Assembly (NCBI GenBank): GCA_964592745.1
Contig: CAZQFL010000007.1
Coordinates: 375-64,374, forward strand
Origin: an uncultured Desulfurococcaceae archaeon
GTDB taxonomy: Archaea; Thermoproteota; Thermoprotei_A; Sulfolobales; NBVN01
Reading direction: 5' to 3'
Length of the DNA stretch: 64,000 nucleotides
In this document: piece by piece, positions 49,207 to 59,591 of the stretch
How positions within the stretch are numbered: position 1 is the first letter of the stretch
Layout of the letters: each line of letters begins with the position of its first letter
Notes under the pieces: model-generated
Told to the model about the DNA's origin: nothing
What the model saw: the letters and a program-made list of their open reading frames with translations, nothing else
Database searches by the model: none
Translations under genes and position numbers: made by a program

Positions 49207-51087
49207 ATGGACTGTGGGATAATCGCTATAGCCGCTCAACCTAATACACTTAAAGTTAAGTTAGGTACAGCTATTAAGGAGTCCTTGAAGCGTCTAGAAT
49301 ATAGAGGTTATGACTCGGTAGGGTTTGCCATCATAACTACTAATGGTGAGTTGATTATTAGGAAGTCTAAAGGCACGATTGATGCTGTAAGTAAGAAGAT
49401 AGGGTTCGATTTCTTTGATGGTACTATTGGTATAGGTCATACAAGATGGGCAACTCACGGAGCACCGAGTGATATCAATGCTCATCCACACGCAGATTGT
49501 GTAGGAAGGATTGCAGTAGCTCATAATGGAATAATAGAAAATTACTTAGAGATTAAGGAGGTATTAATTCAGAGAGGTCATAGATTCACTTCCGATACAG
49601 ATACTGAGGTAATTCCTCATTTAATTGAAGAATTTAAGAAGTTAGGTTTGAGTAGTTTTGAGGCCTTTAAGAAAGCTGTATCGATGCTTAGAGGAGCATA
49701 TGCTATAGTCGCTATAGATATTGATGAGCCTGATAAGGTATTTTTTGCTAAGATGACATCACCATTAGTTATAGGTTTTGGAGATGGAGCTAACTTTATT
49801 GCAAGTGATATACCAGCATTCTTAAACTATACAAGAAGAATATTAGTAATTAGAGATGGAGAACTAGGCTATATAACCCATCAGAGGGTACACCTGGAAC
49901 TACTAAAAGAGTATCAAAGCATAAATGATTGGTCACTTAAAGTCCCTAAAACAACCATTATCGATTACAGTAGACGTGTGAGGTGGATTGACTGGACTCC
50001 TGAAATGGCTGTGAAAGCAGGCTATCCTCACTTCATGTTAAAGGAGATACACGAACAACCTCAAGCACTAAGCCAAACACTTGCCGGTATACATGATGAT
50101 ATAGCTAAGGTCTTACCTATAATAATTAAAGCTGAGAAAGTTATTATAGTTGGTGCTGGTACATCCTATCATGCATCACTTCTTGGCTCATTACTACTTA
50201 ATAATATAGGAGGTATATGGTCTCACGCGATAATATCATCTGAAGCTTTATGGTATGTAAGGAGTATTACTGATAAAGATGTAGTGATAGCAGTAAGTCA
50301 GTCTGGGGAAACAATAGATACGTTATTAGCTGTAAGGGAGGCTAAAAAGAAAGGTGCGTTAGTTATAGCGTTGTCTAATGTAGTAGATTCTGCAATACCT
50401 AGGGAGTCTGATTTAACTATATACACGAAAGCAGGTCCCGAGATAGGTGTTGCTGCAACAAAGACTTTCACGACTCAAGTAGCTACGCTATCGTATTTAG
50501 CAATAAAGGTAGGTCAAGCTAAAGGCCTACTTAAGGAGAGGGAGGCTAACGAGATGATTCAATGGTTAAAAAGAACCCCGGATTTAGTTTCAAGAGTTAT
50601 ATCCATACATGAAGCTAGGGTGAGATCGTTAGCTCGTAGGCTAATGAATAAGCAATCAGTATTTTACTTAGGTAGAGGAATAGGTCTTCCTGTATCAATG
50701 GAAGGTGCCTTAAAACTTAAGGAAGTTGCGTACATACACGCTGAAGCATACCCTGCAGGTGAGTCAAAACACGGCCCTATAGCCTTAGTTGAGGAGGAAT
50801 TTCCAGTTATATTTACTGTACTAGGTAGAATTGATGCTGAACTACTAAAAAGTAATATTGAAGAAATGAATGCGAGGTATGCATGGACTATAGGGATCGT
50901 ACCCAAAAATATTGAGGAACTGATTAAATTGCTTAAGGAACCAATAAAAATGCCTGTTATGAACGAATACATAGCACCTATAGTTTACATAGTTCCGTAC
51001 CAGCTACTAGCCTACTATACGGCAGTTGCTAGAGGCTATGATCCTGATAAACCAAGGAATTTAGCTAAAACCGTTACTGTAGTGTAG
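49207..51087 (+). CDS. glmS: glutamine--fructose-6-phosphate aminotransferase
   Basis: CGIIAI Ntn start, HTRWATHG, two SIS domains (SQSGET), and a C-terminal KPRNLAKTVTV. Confidence 0.93.
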   Translation: MDCGIIAIAAQPNTLKVKLGTAIKESLKRLEYRGYDSVGFAIITTNGELIIRKSKGTIDAVSKKIGFDFFDGTIGIGHTRWATHGAPSDINAHPHADCVGRIAVAHNGIIENYLEIKEVLIQRGHRFTSDTDTEVIPHLIEEFKKLGLSSFEAFKKAVSMLRGAYAIVAIDIDEPDKVFFAKMTSPLVIGFGDGANFIASDIPAFLNYTRRILVIRDGELGYITHQRVHLELLKEYQSINDWSLKVPKTTIIDYSRRVRWIDWTPEMAVKAGYPHFMLKEIHEQPQALSQTLAGIHDDIAKVLPIIIKAEKVIIVGAGTSYHASLLGSLLLNNIGGIWSHAIISSEALWYVRSITDKDVVIAVSQSGETIDTLLAVREAKKKGALVIALSNVVDSAIPRESDLTIYTKAGPEIGVAATKTFTTQVATLSYLAIKVGQAKGLLKEREANEMIQWLKRTPDLVSRVISIHEARVRSLARRLMNKQSVFYLGRGIGLPVSMEGALKLKEVAYIHAEAYPAGESKHGPIALVEEEFPVIFTVLGRIDAELLKSNIEEMNARYAWTIGIVPKNIEELIKLLKEPIKMPVMNEYIAPIVYIVPYQLLAYYTAVARGYDPDKPRNLAKTVTVV

Positions 51088-52245
51088 GTGCTTAACATGG
51101 AGGCAGTAGTACTTGCGGGTGGAGCAGGTAAGGGTTTAAAGGCCATAACCGGCGGTAAACCAAAGACCTTAATACCTATAGCTGGTAAATATGTGATAGA
51201 GTATGTAATCGATGTGTTATTAGAGAATAACATAGATAACATAGTATTAGTCACTGATAAGCCATCCGACTTTGAAGACATTACGGTAAAGTACGGAGGT
51301 AGGATCAAATTTGACATTAGAAAACAAAGGGGAGCTGAAGTCATCGGGGCTATATTAACTGCTGAAGATGAGCTAAGCAAGGGTGCCATACTATTTTATG
51401 GAGATACTATCGTTAAATCAGATGCGTTAAGAATGTTAATAAACACCTACTTTGAGTTTAATGAGCCTGTTATACTTGTGGTTCCTGAGGAGGACGTAAG
51501 ACTCTATGGCGCAGTTAAGGTATCTGATGAAGGATTGGTAAGGAGCATTATTGAAAAACCTAAGGAAGCTTTAGAGGGTTATTATGCATATGGAGGTATA
51601 GCGATACTAAATAGGGAGTTAATTGAGTTAGTGCGATCATTTAATTCATTAGATAAGGCAATTAATTACTACATAGACAGAGGTGGAAGAATCAGAGCAG
51701 CAATTTGGGGAGGGTTATGGATTGACATAGGATATCCTTGGAACTTACTTGAAGCTATATATCACGTACTCAACGAATTAAGAGAAAGTAAGATTGCCTC
51801 AAAAGCAAAAATATCAAGCAAAGCTATAATTGAGGGTCCTGTTATTATTGAGGAAGGGGCGTTTATAGACCATAATGCAATCATAAGAGGGCCTGCATAC
51901 ATAGGTAAAAATGTTATGGTTGGGGCTAACACGTTCATAAGACCCTATACTTCGATAGAATTAGAATCAAGTATAGGTTCCTACGTAGAGCTTGTATGGT
52001 CATCAATACAGCCATACGCAACTATAGGGAGAGCATCATTTCTTGGTTATAGCGTTGTTGGCCCTAGAGCTGTTATTGAACCATATGTATACACTAAACT
52101 ACTTGTTGAGCCAGAGAGAATAGGTATCAAAGCAATTAGAGAATATAAGAGACGTAGGGAGTACTTCAAGATAGGATCATTCATAGGTTACAAGGCTCGA
52201 GTTAAATCCTACCTGACCTTAGAACCTGGAACATTAATCTCTTGA
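51088..52245 (+). CDS. sugar-1-phosphate nucleotidyltransferase with C-terminal left-handed beta-helix (GlmU/ST0452-like)
   Basis: LAGGAGKGL...KPKTLIPI N-terminal motif and hexapeptide repeats in the C-terminus. The likely start is the ATG at 51097. Confidence 0.85.
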   Translation: MLNMEAVVLAGGAGKGLKAITGGKPKTLIPIAGKYVIEYVIDVLLENNIDNIVLVTDKPSDFEDITVKYGGRIKFDIRKQRGAEVIGAILTAEDELSKGAILFYGDTIVKSDALRMLINTYFEFNEPVILVVPEEDVRLYGAVKVSDEGLVRSIIEKPKEALEGYYAYGGIAILNRELIELVRSFNSLDKAINYYIDRGGRIRAAIWGGLWIDIGYPWNLLEAIYHVLNELRESKIASKAKISSKAIIEGPVIIEEGAFIDHNAIIRGPAYIGKNVMVGANTFIRPYTSIELESSIGSYVELVWSSIQPYATIGRASFLGYSVVGPRAVIEPYVYTKLLVEPERIGIKAIREYKRRREYFKIGSFIGYKARVKSYLTLEPGTLIS

Positions 52246-52817
52246 CGTTTGATTACATTAAGTAACTCAATTATAGATTTCACAATATCTCCGTCAATAG
52301 AATAATTAATTTTCCTAATTAGCTCTAAAGCATTCTCTAAATTGTCTATGTTTAATTCCCTAAATAGCTCACCCAATTCCCACGGGAATAAAACCCATTT
52401 TGTGGTTTTAATGATGTAGTAATCAGGGTTTATAATTGATCTAGGTTTAACGAAGAGTGCAGCTGATTTAACATTTTTAGCACCTCTTAGTCTAACTTGC
52501 TGGGACACTATTTCTAAAGTTCTACCAGAATCAACAACATCATCCACAATCAATACATTCTTATCCCTAACATCAAGAATTAATGGCTGTGTAATTACGG
52601 GTCTTTCCGCTCTCTCACCTATGCTTCTATAAAACTTAACCTCAACAACACCTAATTCCTCAATATTTAGAATGTCAGCAACTATTCTAGCTACTATGTA
52701 TCCACCTCTAAGTATACCTACAATTACGTCAGGTAAGTATTCTGATTCAATAACTTTTCTAGCTAACATTAGTGAGAGTTTATGAATCTCATCCCATGTA
52801 ACAGGTAGAAATTCCAA
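52209..52817 (-). CDS. purine phosphoribosyltransferase
   Basis: PRPP motif VLIVDDVVDSGRT. Its convergent 3' end overlaps the preceding gene. Confidence 0.8.
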   Translation of the reverse strand: MEFLPVTWDEIHKLSLMLARKVIESEYLPDVIVGILRGGYIVARIVADILNIEELGVVEVKFYRSIGERAERPVITQPLILDVRDKNVLIVDDVVDSGRTLEIVSQQVRLRGAKNVKSAALFVKPRSIINPDYYIIKTTKWVLFPWELGELFRELNIDNLENALELIRKINYSIDGDIVKSIIELLNVIKRQEINVPGSKVR

Positions 52818-52967
52818 TGAATCACCTTCACATATTATGTTATACTGACAATTAAAAATTAGGATTAAAATAATCTAACCATAAGGTTATTAATCCTCCA
52901 CCTAATTATTATCCTGTCATTAAGTGTTCTTTTACCTTAGTTAAATAATGAGTTTGGGGAGAGTAGG

Positions 52968-54320
52968 ATGAAGTCACTACGTGAAGTCATAAATGAGGGT
53001 ATTGAATCAATCGCGATAGTTGGCGCTAGTCCTGTAGAAGGTAAGGTCGGTAACATAATACTCAAGAACTTAATCAATTATGGATTTAAAGGTAAAATTT
53101 ATCCCGTAAATCCCAAATACAAAGAAATCATGGGTCTTAAGACTTACCCTAACATTAGTAGCTTACCTGAAGTACCTGATGTAGTTGTTATTGCAGTACC
53201 TCCTAGAATAGCTATTAATGTACTAGATGAGGCAAGTAAATACGGTGCTAAGTTAGCCGTAATAATTACTGCGGGATTTCGTGAAGTAGGTAACATAGAA
53301 CTTGATAAGAAATTACATGACGTTATAAGTAAGTCTAAAATGAGGGTTTTGGGACCAAATTCTGCAGGTATTACGCTTTCTAGACTAGGTATTCATGCAA
53401 GCATTGAAGTACTACCTACTAAGGGACCAGTAGGTCTAGTTATGCAGAGTGGTGCGTTAGGAGGCGTCGTAATTTCACGTCTTAGGAAGCTATCCTCAGG
53501 TATTTCGTTTTTCTTTAGCTTGGGTAATATGAGTGATATAGAGTTTTCCGACGTTCTTGATTACGCACTTCAGGATGAGGATACAGAATCGCTAATTGCT
53601 TACATCGAATGGTTAAGAAATGGTAGGAAATTTATGGAATTAGCTAAGAAGTTTGTTAAAGTTAAACCTCTATGTCTTATCAAGGGTGGTTGGGGTGTTC
53701 AAAGTAGTGAAGCTGTTAAATCACACACAGGTGGACTAGCAACTAATTATGAAGTATTTAAAGCCGTATGTAGGCAAATTGGTGCTTACTTAGCTGAGGA
53801 TTTAGATGAGTTGGTTGAGGTTTGTGAGGTCATTAGAAGAATTAAGAGTATTAAAGGAAGAAGGGCATTAATTGTAACAAATTCCGGAGGGCTAGGCGTA
53901 ATTACGGCATCCCACTTAGAAAGTGCAGGCATAGATTTAAGACCCTTACCTGAAGAACTTAAGGATAAAGTAGTTAAGGAGGCAGGTAAGAGCTTTAGTG
54001 GTAAGAATCCAATAGATTTTGGTGGTGATGCAACTATAGAGAATGTAGTTGCAGTTAGTAGGGTAACTGAATTAAGTAAGTATTATGATATTTTAATATT
54101 GGTTTACGTACCTACAGCAGCTGAGGGTGCTGAAAAGATTAGTAAAGGCGTAAGAGACGGTATTAATACAGAGAATGTACCTGTCATAACATACTTCGAT
54201 GGTGAAGGTAAGGATGAAGTTATGCTGCATGTCTCAAAATACGTACCTATAGTTTCATCAGCTCATAACCTCACCAAAGCTATTAAGGAGCTAGCAAGGA
54301 GGGGTGTAGAAATTCGATAG
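52968..54320 (+). CDS. CoA-binding / succinyl-CoA-synthetase-like protein (ADP-forming acyl-CoA synthetase alpha-type)
   Basis: IAIVGAS...GKVG...YPVNPKY CoA-binding motif and ligase-CoA domain patterns. Located upstream of iorAB. Confidence 0.75.
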   Translation: MKSLREVINEGIESIAIVGASPVEGKVGNIILKNLINYGFKGKIYPVNPKYKEIMGLKTYPNISSLPEVPDVVVIAVPPRIAINVLDEASKYGAKLAVIITAGFREVGNIELDKKLHDVISKSKMRVLGPNSAGITLSRLGIHASIEVLPTKGPVGLVMQSGALGGVVISRLRKLSSGISFFFSLGNMSDIEFSDVLDYALQDEDTESLIAYIEWLRNGRKFMELAKKFVKVKPLCLIKGGWGVQSSEAVKSHTGGLATNYEVFKAVCRQIGAYLAEDLDELVEVCEVIRRIKSIKGRRALIVTNSGGLGVITASHLESAGIDLRPLPEELKDKVVKEAGKSFSGKNPIDFGGDATIENVVAVSRVTELSKYYDILILVYVPTAAEGAEKISKGVRDGINTENVPVITYFDGEGKDEVMLHVSKYVPIVSSAHNLTKAIKELARRGVEIR

Positions 54321-54372
54321 TGAAGTTATAAATAGGTCTCACTACTTAAACCTAACTGTAAGGGGTGTCCTC

Positions 54373-56271
54373 ATGTCACACGAATTAATTGAAGCATATG
54401 AACCTTTAAATCCATTAAAAGCGCCAGCCGGTTACAGACTCGCATTAATGGGTAATGAAGCTATAGCTAGAGGTGCTATAGAGGGCGGTGTTTACGTAGT
54501 GACAGGTTATCCTGGAACGCCATCGTCTGAGGTGTTAATGACTATCCAGGAATTTGGTAAGGATTTAGATATTTATGCTGAGTGGGCAGTTAATGAGAGA
54601 GTGGCTTTTGAAATAGGTTATGGTGCAGCAATAGGTGGGGCTAGAGCGTTAGTTACTATGAAAGCTCCAGGAGCTAATGTAGCTGCAGATCCTATTCTTT
54701 CAGCAGCCTATGGTGGTGTTGATGGCGGTTTGGTGATATTAGTAGCTGATGACCCAGGTCCGCATACAACCCAAACAGAACAGGATAATAGATGGTTTGC
54801 ATTACTTTCAAAACTACCTATGATAACGCCATCAAATCCTCAAGAAGCTAAAGACTTCACGGTATATGGATTAGAACTTAGTGAGGAACTAAAACTTCCA
54901 GTTATTTTAAGAACAACTACCAGAGTTAATCATACGGTTGGCGATGTTGTACTAGGACCTATAGGGAAACCTAAGAAGTTTAAAAAATTCGTAAGAGATC
55001 CTGTAAGGTTTGTTAGAGCGGGAATGAGGTGGAACTTAGAGAGGCATAAATGGCTTAATAATCAATTAAGGAGAGCTGAAGAAGTAGCTTCTAAATACAA
55101 GCTTAATAAGGTAATATTTGACGGTAAAGTTTGCATAGTTACTGAAGGGGCTGGTTTTAACTATGTAATCGATGCTGTTAGAGATTTAGGTATAGAAGAT
55201 AGGGTTAAGATAGTAAAGCTTGGTTTAATACATCCCTTACCTAAGGAGTTTCTAATGAGGGAGCTATCAAATTGTGAGGAAGTAATTATCGTTGAGGAGT
55301 TAGATCCGTATTTAGAGTTCATGATTAAGAAGTTATTATATGACGCAGGAATTAAGATTAAAGTTCATGGTAAGGATGAGGGATTACTACCTCTTGAGGG
55401 TGAGTTAAGTAAGCCCTTAGTAATGAGTGCTATAAGTAAGGTATTAGGTATTAAATCACAAATTACTCAAAGTGTGAGCAGTGGGATTAAAGACATCCCA
55501 CCGAGACCACCACCTCTCTGTCCTTCATGTCCTCATAGAAGCTCATACTTAGCTATATTGTTTGGAATTGCTAAAGCTGGTTTCAAGAGAGATGAAGTAC
55601 CTATATTTGGTGATATAGGTTGTTACGCCCTAAGTGTTAATCCGCCATTGAATGCTATATGGACTGAGCATAGTATGGGTGCTAGCATATCCATGGCTGT
55701 GGGTCTTAAGCTCAGTGGTTATGAGAAACCTGTAATAGCTACCATCGGTGATTCAACATTCTATCACGCAGGTATTCAACCGCTAATTGAGGCTGTACAT
55801 AAGAGAGTAAATGTATTAGTCGTAATATTAGATAATGAGGTAGTCGCCATGACAGGTCATCAATCAACACCTGCATGGAGTGAAACAGAGACAGGTAGGA
55901 AGTCTAGAGCTATCAATCTTGAGGACTTAATTAAATCCATAGGTGTTGATAACTTAGCTGTAGTGGACCCATATAATGTCGATAAGATGATCAATATAGT
56001 TGCGGAATTCCTCAAGAAACCCGGTGTTAATGTAATAATTGCTAGACATCCTTGCGCTTTAATGGAAGCTAGAATTAAAGGTGTCAAGAAGAAGTATGAA
56101 GTTCTACCTGACAAGTGTACTGGATGTTTAGCGTGTGTAAGAGTTACAGGATGTCCTGCATTATACGTTGATAAGGACGGTAAAGTCAAAATAATGACCG
56201 AAGACTGTCTTGGGTGTGGCCTATGTGCTAAGTACTGTCCATATAAAGCTATAGTTGAGGTGAAAAAATAA
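54373..56271 (+). CDS. iorA: indolepyruvate:ferredoxin oxidoreductase alpha subunit
   Basis: TPP-binding GDIGCY...GDSTFYH and two C-terminal CxxCxxCxxxCP ferredoxin motifs. Confidence 0.9.
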   Translation: MSHELIEAYEPLNPLKAPAGYRLALMGNEAIARGAIEGGVYVVTGYPGTPSSEVLMTIQEFGKDLDIYAEWAVNERVAFEIGYGAAIGGARALVTMKAPGANVAADPILSAAYGGVDGGLVILVADDPGPHTTQTEQDNRWFALLSKLPMITPSNPQEAKDFTVYGLELSEELKLPVILRTTTRVNHTVGDVVLGPIGKPKKFKKFVRDPVRFVRAGMRWNLERHKWLNNQLRRAEEVASKYKLNKVIFDGKVCIVTEGAGFNYVIDAVRDLGIEDRVKIVKLGLIHPLPKEFLMRELSNCEEVIIVEELDPYLEFMIKKLLYDAGIKIKVHGKDEGLLPLEGELSKPLVMSAISKVLGIKSQITQSVSSGIKDIPPRPPPLCPSCPHRSSYLAILFGIAKAGFKRDEVPIFGDIGCYALSVNPPLNAIWTEHSMGASISMAVGLKLSGYEKPVIATIGDSTFYHAGIQPLIEAVHKRVNVLVVILDNEVVAMTGHQSTPAWSETETGRKSRAINLEDLIKSIGVDNLAVVDPYNVDKMINIVAEFLKKPGVNVIIARHPCALMEARIKGVKKKYEVLPDKCTGCLACVRVTGCPALYVDKDGKVKIMTEDCLGCGLCAKYCPYKAIVEVKK

Positions 56272-56879
56272 TGAAGGTAGTAAATATACTAATAGCTTCA
56301 GTTGGCGGTCAAGGAGGTCTAACTTTATCGAGGGTTATAGCTATAGCTGCAGTAATGGAGGGTTATAGCGTTAGAACAGGTGAAACCTTAGGAATGGCTC
56401 AAAGATTTGGATCCGTAGTTAGCTATGTTAGGGTCGGTAAGGAAGTTAATTCACCAACATTTGGTTATGGTGAAGCTAACTATATCTTAGGGTTGGAGCT
56501 TACTGAAGTTCTTAGGAACATTCAATACCTAAGCGGGGATGGTAAAGTAATAACAGCAAACGTGGTTAAACCACCAATTAGTTCAAGCTTAGGGATAGCT
56601 AAGAGATTGTACGAGAATGATATATTGAATGAGCTCACCAATCAGGTTAAGAACTTAATCATCATACCTGCTAAGGAATTAGCTATTAAGGCAGGTAATG
56701 TTAGAGCTATGAACATGGTTATTCTTGGTGCATTTAATGCATTAGCTAAAATGTTTAGTGAAGAGAGTATAACTAAAGCTATAATAACGTTATTACCTGG
56801 AAAGAAAGGTAAAACATCTATAAATGCCTATAAACTTGGTTATGAATATGTTGTAAGAAATGTTAGAAGTAAAGGTTAA
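56271..56879 (+). CDS. iorB: indolepyruvate:ferredoxin oxidoreductase beta subunit
   Basis: ASVGGQGGLT N-terminal motif. Its start overlaps the iorA stop. Confidence 0.85.
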   Translation: MKVVNILIASVGGQGGLTLSRVIAIAAVMEGYSVRTGETLGMAQRFGSVVSYVRVGKEVNSPTFGYGEANYILGLELTEVLRNIQYLSGDGKVITANVVKPPISSSLGIAKRLYENDILNELTNQVKNLIIIPAKELAIKAGNVRAMNMVILGAFNALAKMFSEESITKAIITLLPGKKGKTSINAYKLGYEYVVRNVRSKG

Positions 56880-56884
56880 ACGAG

Positions 56885-57736
56885 ATGAATACGATAGCTT
56901 TTAGACCAGGTAATTATTACATAAGTCTAAGCATTACTGGTACATATTGTGAACTCAGATGCCCTTTTTGCAAGGGTAAATACTTAGCGGGTATGCTAAA
57001 TGTATCAAACCCTGAACTTATGCCTAAGATCCTAAGCTATTACTATAGACGAGGTGCACGAGGATTCCTAATAAGTGGAGGATTCAATAGGGATGGACAT
57101 CTAATAATAAAGAGTCTTCACCTTAAGATTATTAGGGAATTTAAGAGGAATCACAACGTTATCTTCTCTATACACTCAGGTCCTGTCCCTAATGACTTAC
57201 TTGAACTTATATGGAGTAGTGAAATTGATTTCATAGATTTTGAAATACCTCCTAGCAATGAATACTTAAGGGTAGTTAAAGGTCTAAAATCGCACACATT
57301 AAATAAGTACTTCGAGTTCATGGAAAAAGCTTCAAGTTATAGTAAAGAGTTCATCGTTCCTCACATAGTTTTAAACTCAATAGCATCTAACGTTGATGAT
57401 GAATTAAGAACTATTGAGGTCATAGCGGATTTTAAACCTAGATTATTAGTTACATTAGTTGAAATAAGAAATCGTAATAGTAATTATATCGATATTGATA
57501 GAATAATTAAGGTGTTAAGAAGGGCTAGGGAACTCTTTAATGAAGTATCATTAGGATGTATGAGACCTAATGAATTTAAGGTTAAGTATGATGAAGTGGT
57601 CATTAAGGAGAGGTTAGTAGATAGAGTAGTAAATCCTAAAGTAAGTATAATCGATAAATTTAACCTAAAAGTTAAGGGCGCTTGCTGCGGTATAAGTAGA
57701 TCTCACTTTAAGTTATTTCCAACACTTCGGAAGTAA
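56885..57736 (+). CDS. radical SAM protein of unknown role
   Basis: CELRCPFC (CxxxCxxC) near the N-terminus and a GGF motif. Confidence 0.7.
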   Translation: MNTIAFRPGNYYISLSITGTYCELRCPFCKGKYLAGMLNVSNPELMPKILSYYYRRGARGFLISGGFNRDGHLIIKSLHLKIIREFKRNHNVIFSIHSGPVPNDLLELIWSSEIDFIDFEIPPSNEYLRVVKGLKSHTLNKYFEFMEKASSYSKEFIVPHIVLNSIASNVDDELRTIEVIADFKPRLLVTLVEIRNRNSNYIDIDRIIKVLRRARELFNEVSLGCMRPNEFKVKYDEVVIKERLVDRVVNPKVSIIDKFNLKVKGACCGISRSHFKLFPTLRK

Positions 57737-57751
57737 AGGGAAAACGTTATA

Positions 57752-58447
57752 TTAAAATATTAAATTCATTATGTCCCTAAGACTTTCCACGACTACTAAT
57801 TTACTAATTCTTCTCCTCAAGTTCAGTATCCTTTCCTTACTCAGATCATGCTTATGTTTAAGATATAGTACTGGATAACCGACAACCCTAAATGCTGATG
57901 CATCCCATTCACTATCACCTATATACATGAATCTATCCAGTGGTATGTTGAATCTAACTGAAATTTCCCTTAGTACCTTGTCCTTACTCAATGGATTAAC
58001 TACTTCGATCCCTCTGGGTAATAGAAATCCATTTTCATCGTAAATTAGTTTATTAGCATAAATGATTTCTATACCCAATTTCTTACCGATCAGATCTGCT
58101 AGTTCGTAAATCCCAGCACTAACTATGGCCACTCTAACTCCTTTAGATCTTAGGTGATTGATGACATCCTTAGCTTCATCATTTATATTAACACTTGAGA
58201 ACACACGTATTATGTCGTCTCTATGGATACTACCTCCCTTAGCATTAATCATAGCCTCTAAGTCTCTCCTCATCCACTCCTCATAACTTATTAGACCATG
58301 TTCAAACTGTCCCATATAGTTTCGCTTCCTAACAATACTTATCGAACCAAAAATCCTATGTAGGTATTCCCATGACGATTCACATTCTACTAGAACACCA
58401 TCCATATCGAAAACTACTATATCTACTTTTCTTTCGCTCTTTGACAT
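57752..58447 (-). CDS. HAD-superfamily phosphatase (SerB-like)
   Basis: FDMDGVLV motif I, VSAG, and GDSEWD motif IV. Confidence 0.8.
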   Translation of the reverse strand: MSKSERKVDIVVFDMDGVLVECESSWEYLHRIFGSISIVRKRNYMGQFEHGLISYEEWMRRDLEAMINAKGGSIHRDDIIRVFSSVNINDEAKDVINHLRSKGVRVAIVSAGIYELADLIGKKLGIEIIYANKLIYDENGFLLPRGIEVVNPLSKDKVLREISVRFNIPLDRFMYIGDSEWDASAFRVVGYPVLYLKHKHDLSKERILNLRRRISKLVVVESLRDIMNLIF

Positions 58448-58749
58448 TCCTTTAGACCCTCTTTTAATAACCCAAGAATTAACTCCTTAAATACCCTGCT
58501 GTTTATGCCGATTATCTCTGTATTTTTAATGATGTTCTCTAAACGCTTCATTAAATCATCGATATTAAGTAATGTTAATCCCTTTAACATTAATGAGAGT
58601 TTATCTATGTTCTCAGGTGGGTAAGCAAAAAAGTCGCCAGTTATTACTATACCATCTATATAGCATTTATCGTTGACTATTAACTTTAAGTGTAAGTACT
58701 TACCTTTAGGTTCCTTATACTCTTTCTCGAGAGTCAACTTTATAGTCAT
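58423..58749 (-). CDS. lipoate-protein ligase accessory (C-terminal) domain protein, LplB-like
   Basis: 108 aa with the ITGDFFAYPPE pattern typical of the LplA C-terminal domain, encoded directly downstream of the catalytic domain gene. Confidence 0.65.
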   Translation of the reverse strand: MTIKLTLEKEYKEPKGKYLHLKLIVNDKCYIDGIVITGDFFAYPPENIDKLSLMLKGLTLLNIDDLMKRLENIIKNTEIIGINSRVFKELILGLLKEGLKECQRAKEK

Positions 58750-58765
58750 AATAGCACCTTGTGAT

Positions 58766-59524
58766 TTAAGGTCTTAGATAAGTCCATGCCTTAGATAGAT
58801 ATTTCCACCTAAGTGATGAAGCTAATTGTAGTTCTACCTCAGTTAATGAACCTTCTATGAGCTTAGCATTTAATGCTTCACTAAATCCCTTAATTAGTGC
58901 TTTCAATGCTTCATCTCTACTTATTTTTCTACCCACATAGTTAGAGATAGTAATAACTCTTTCCTTTATTGCTCTAACACCTCTATGCATTAACTTAAGT
59001 TTAGGTGCTAATAGTGATTGAGCGAGTGTATCTATATCCGTTGCATACATAAATGTACCATGCTGTAATACAACACCCAGTCTTCTTAGTTGTGCTTGAC
59101 CTGAAAACTTCTTTCCTGCTATGACACCATCATTCAATGGCTTAAACTCAGCTGGTGCGCCTAGTATTCTTGCAGCTCTTATAACACCCTCAGCTAAGAA
59201 TTTGAATGACTCAACATAGTCTTTAGGTACTTTATCCTCAGATACAATTATAGAGTACGTTATCTCTCCATAAGTATCGTGGTATACGGCACCTCCACCT
59301 GTTGGTCTTCTAACTATAGGTATTCTACGGGATTTTATGAAATCCTCATTTACTGACTCATTTACTGACTGGAAATACCCTATAGTAATGGTTGATGGCT
59401 TAAAGATGTATAATCTAAGCGTGTCAGGTATCGCGTTAACGGATCTTAATATAAGCATAGCTTCATCTAAAGCCATATTATAAGCTCCATCACCCTCATC
59501 AATGATCAGTCTAAGCTTAATCAT
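58766..59524 (-). CDS. lplA: lipoate-protein ligase A catalytic domain
   Basis: RRPTGGGAVYHD and KFSGQAQ motifs. Confidence 0.85.
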   Translation of the reverse strand: MIKLRLIIDEGDGAYNMALDEAMLILRSVNAIPDTLRLYIFKPSTITIGYFQSVNESVNEDFIKSRRIPIVRRPTGGGAVYHDTYGEITYSIIVSEDKVPKDYVESFKFLAEGVIRAARILGAPAEFKPLNDGVIAGKKFSGQAQLRRLGVVLQHGTFMYATDIDTLAQSLLAPKLKLMHRGVRAIKERVITISNYVGRKISRDEALKALIKGFSEALNAKLIEGSLTEVELQLASSLRWKYLSKAWTYLRP

Positions 59525-59591
59525 ACGCGTCAGAAATTACTAAGAAACTGAACTTATAAGGGCTTCCTTATCATTAATGTGGGCATAAACC

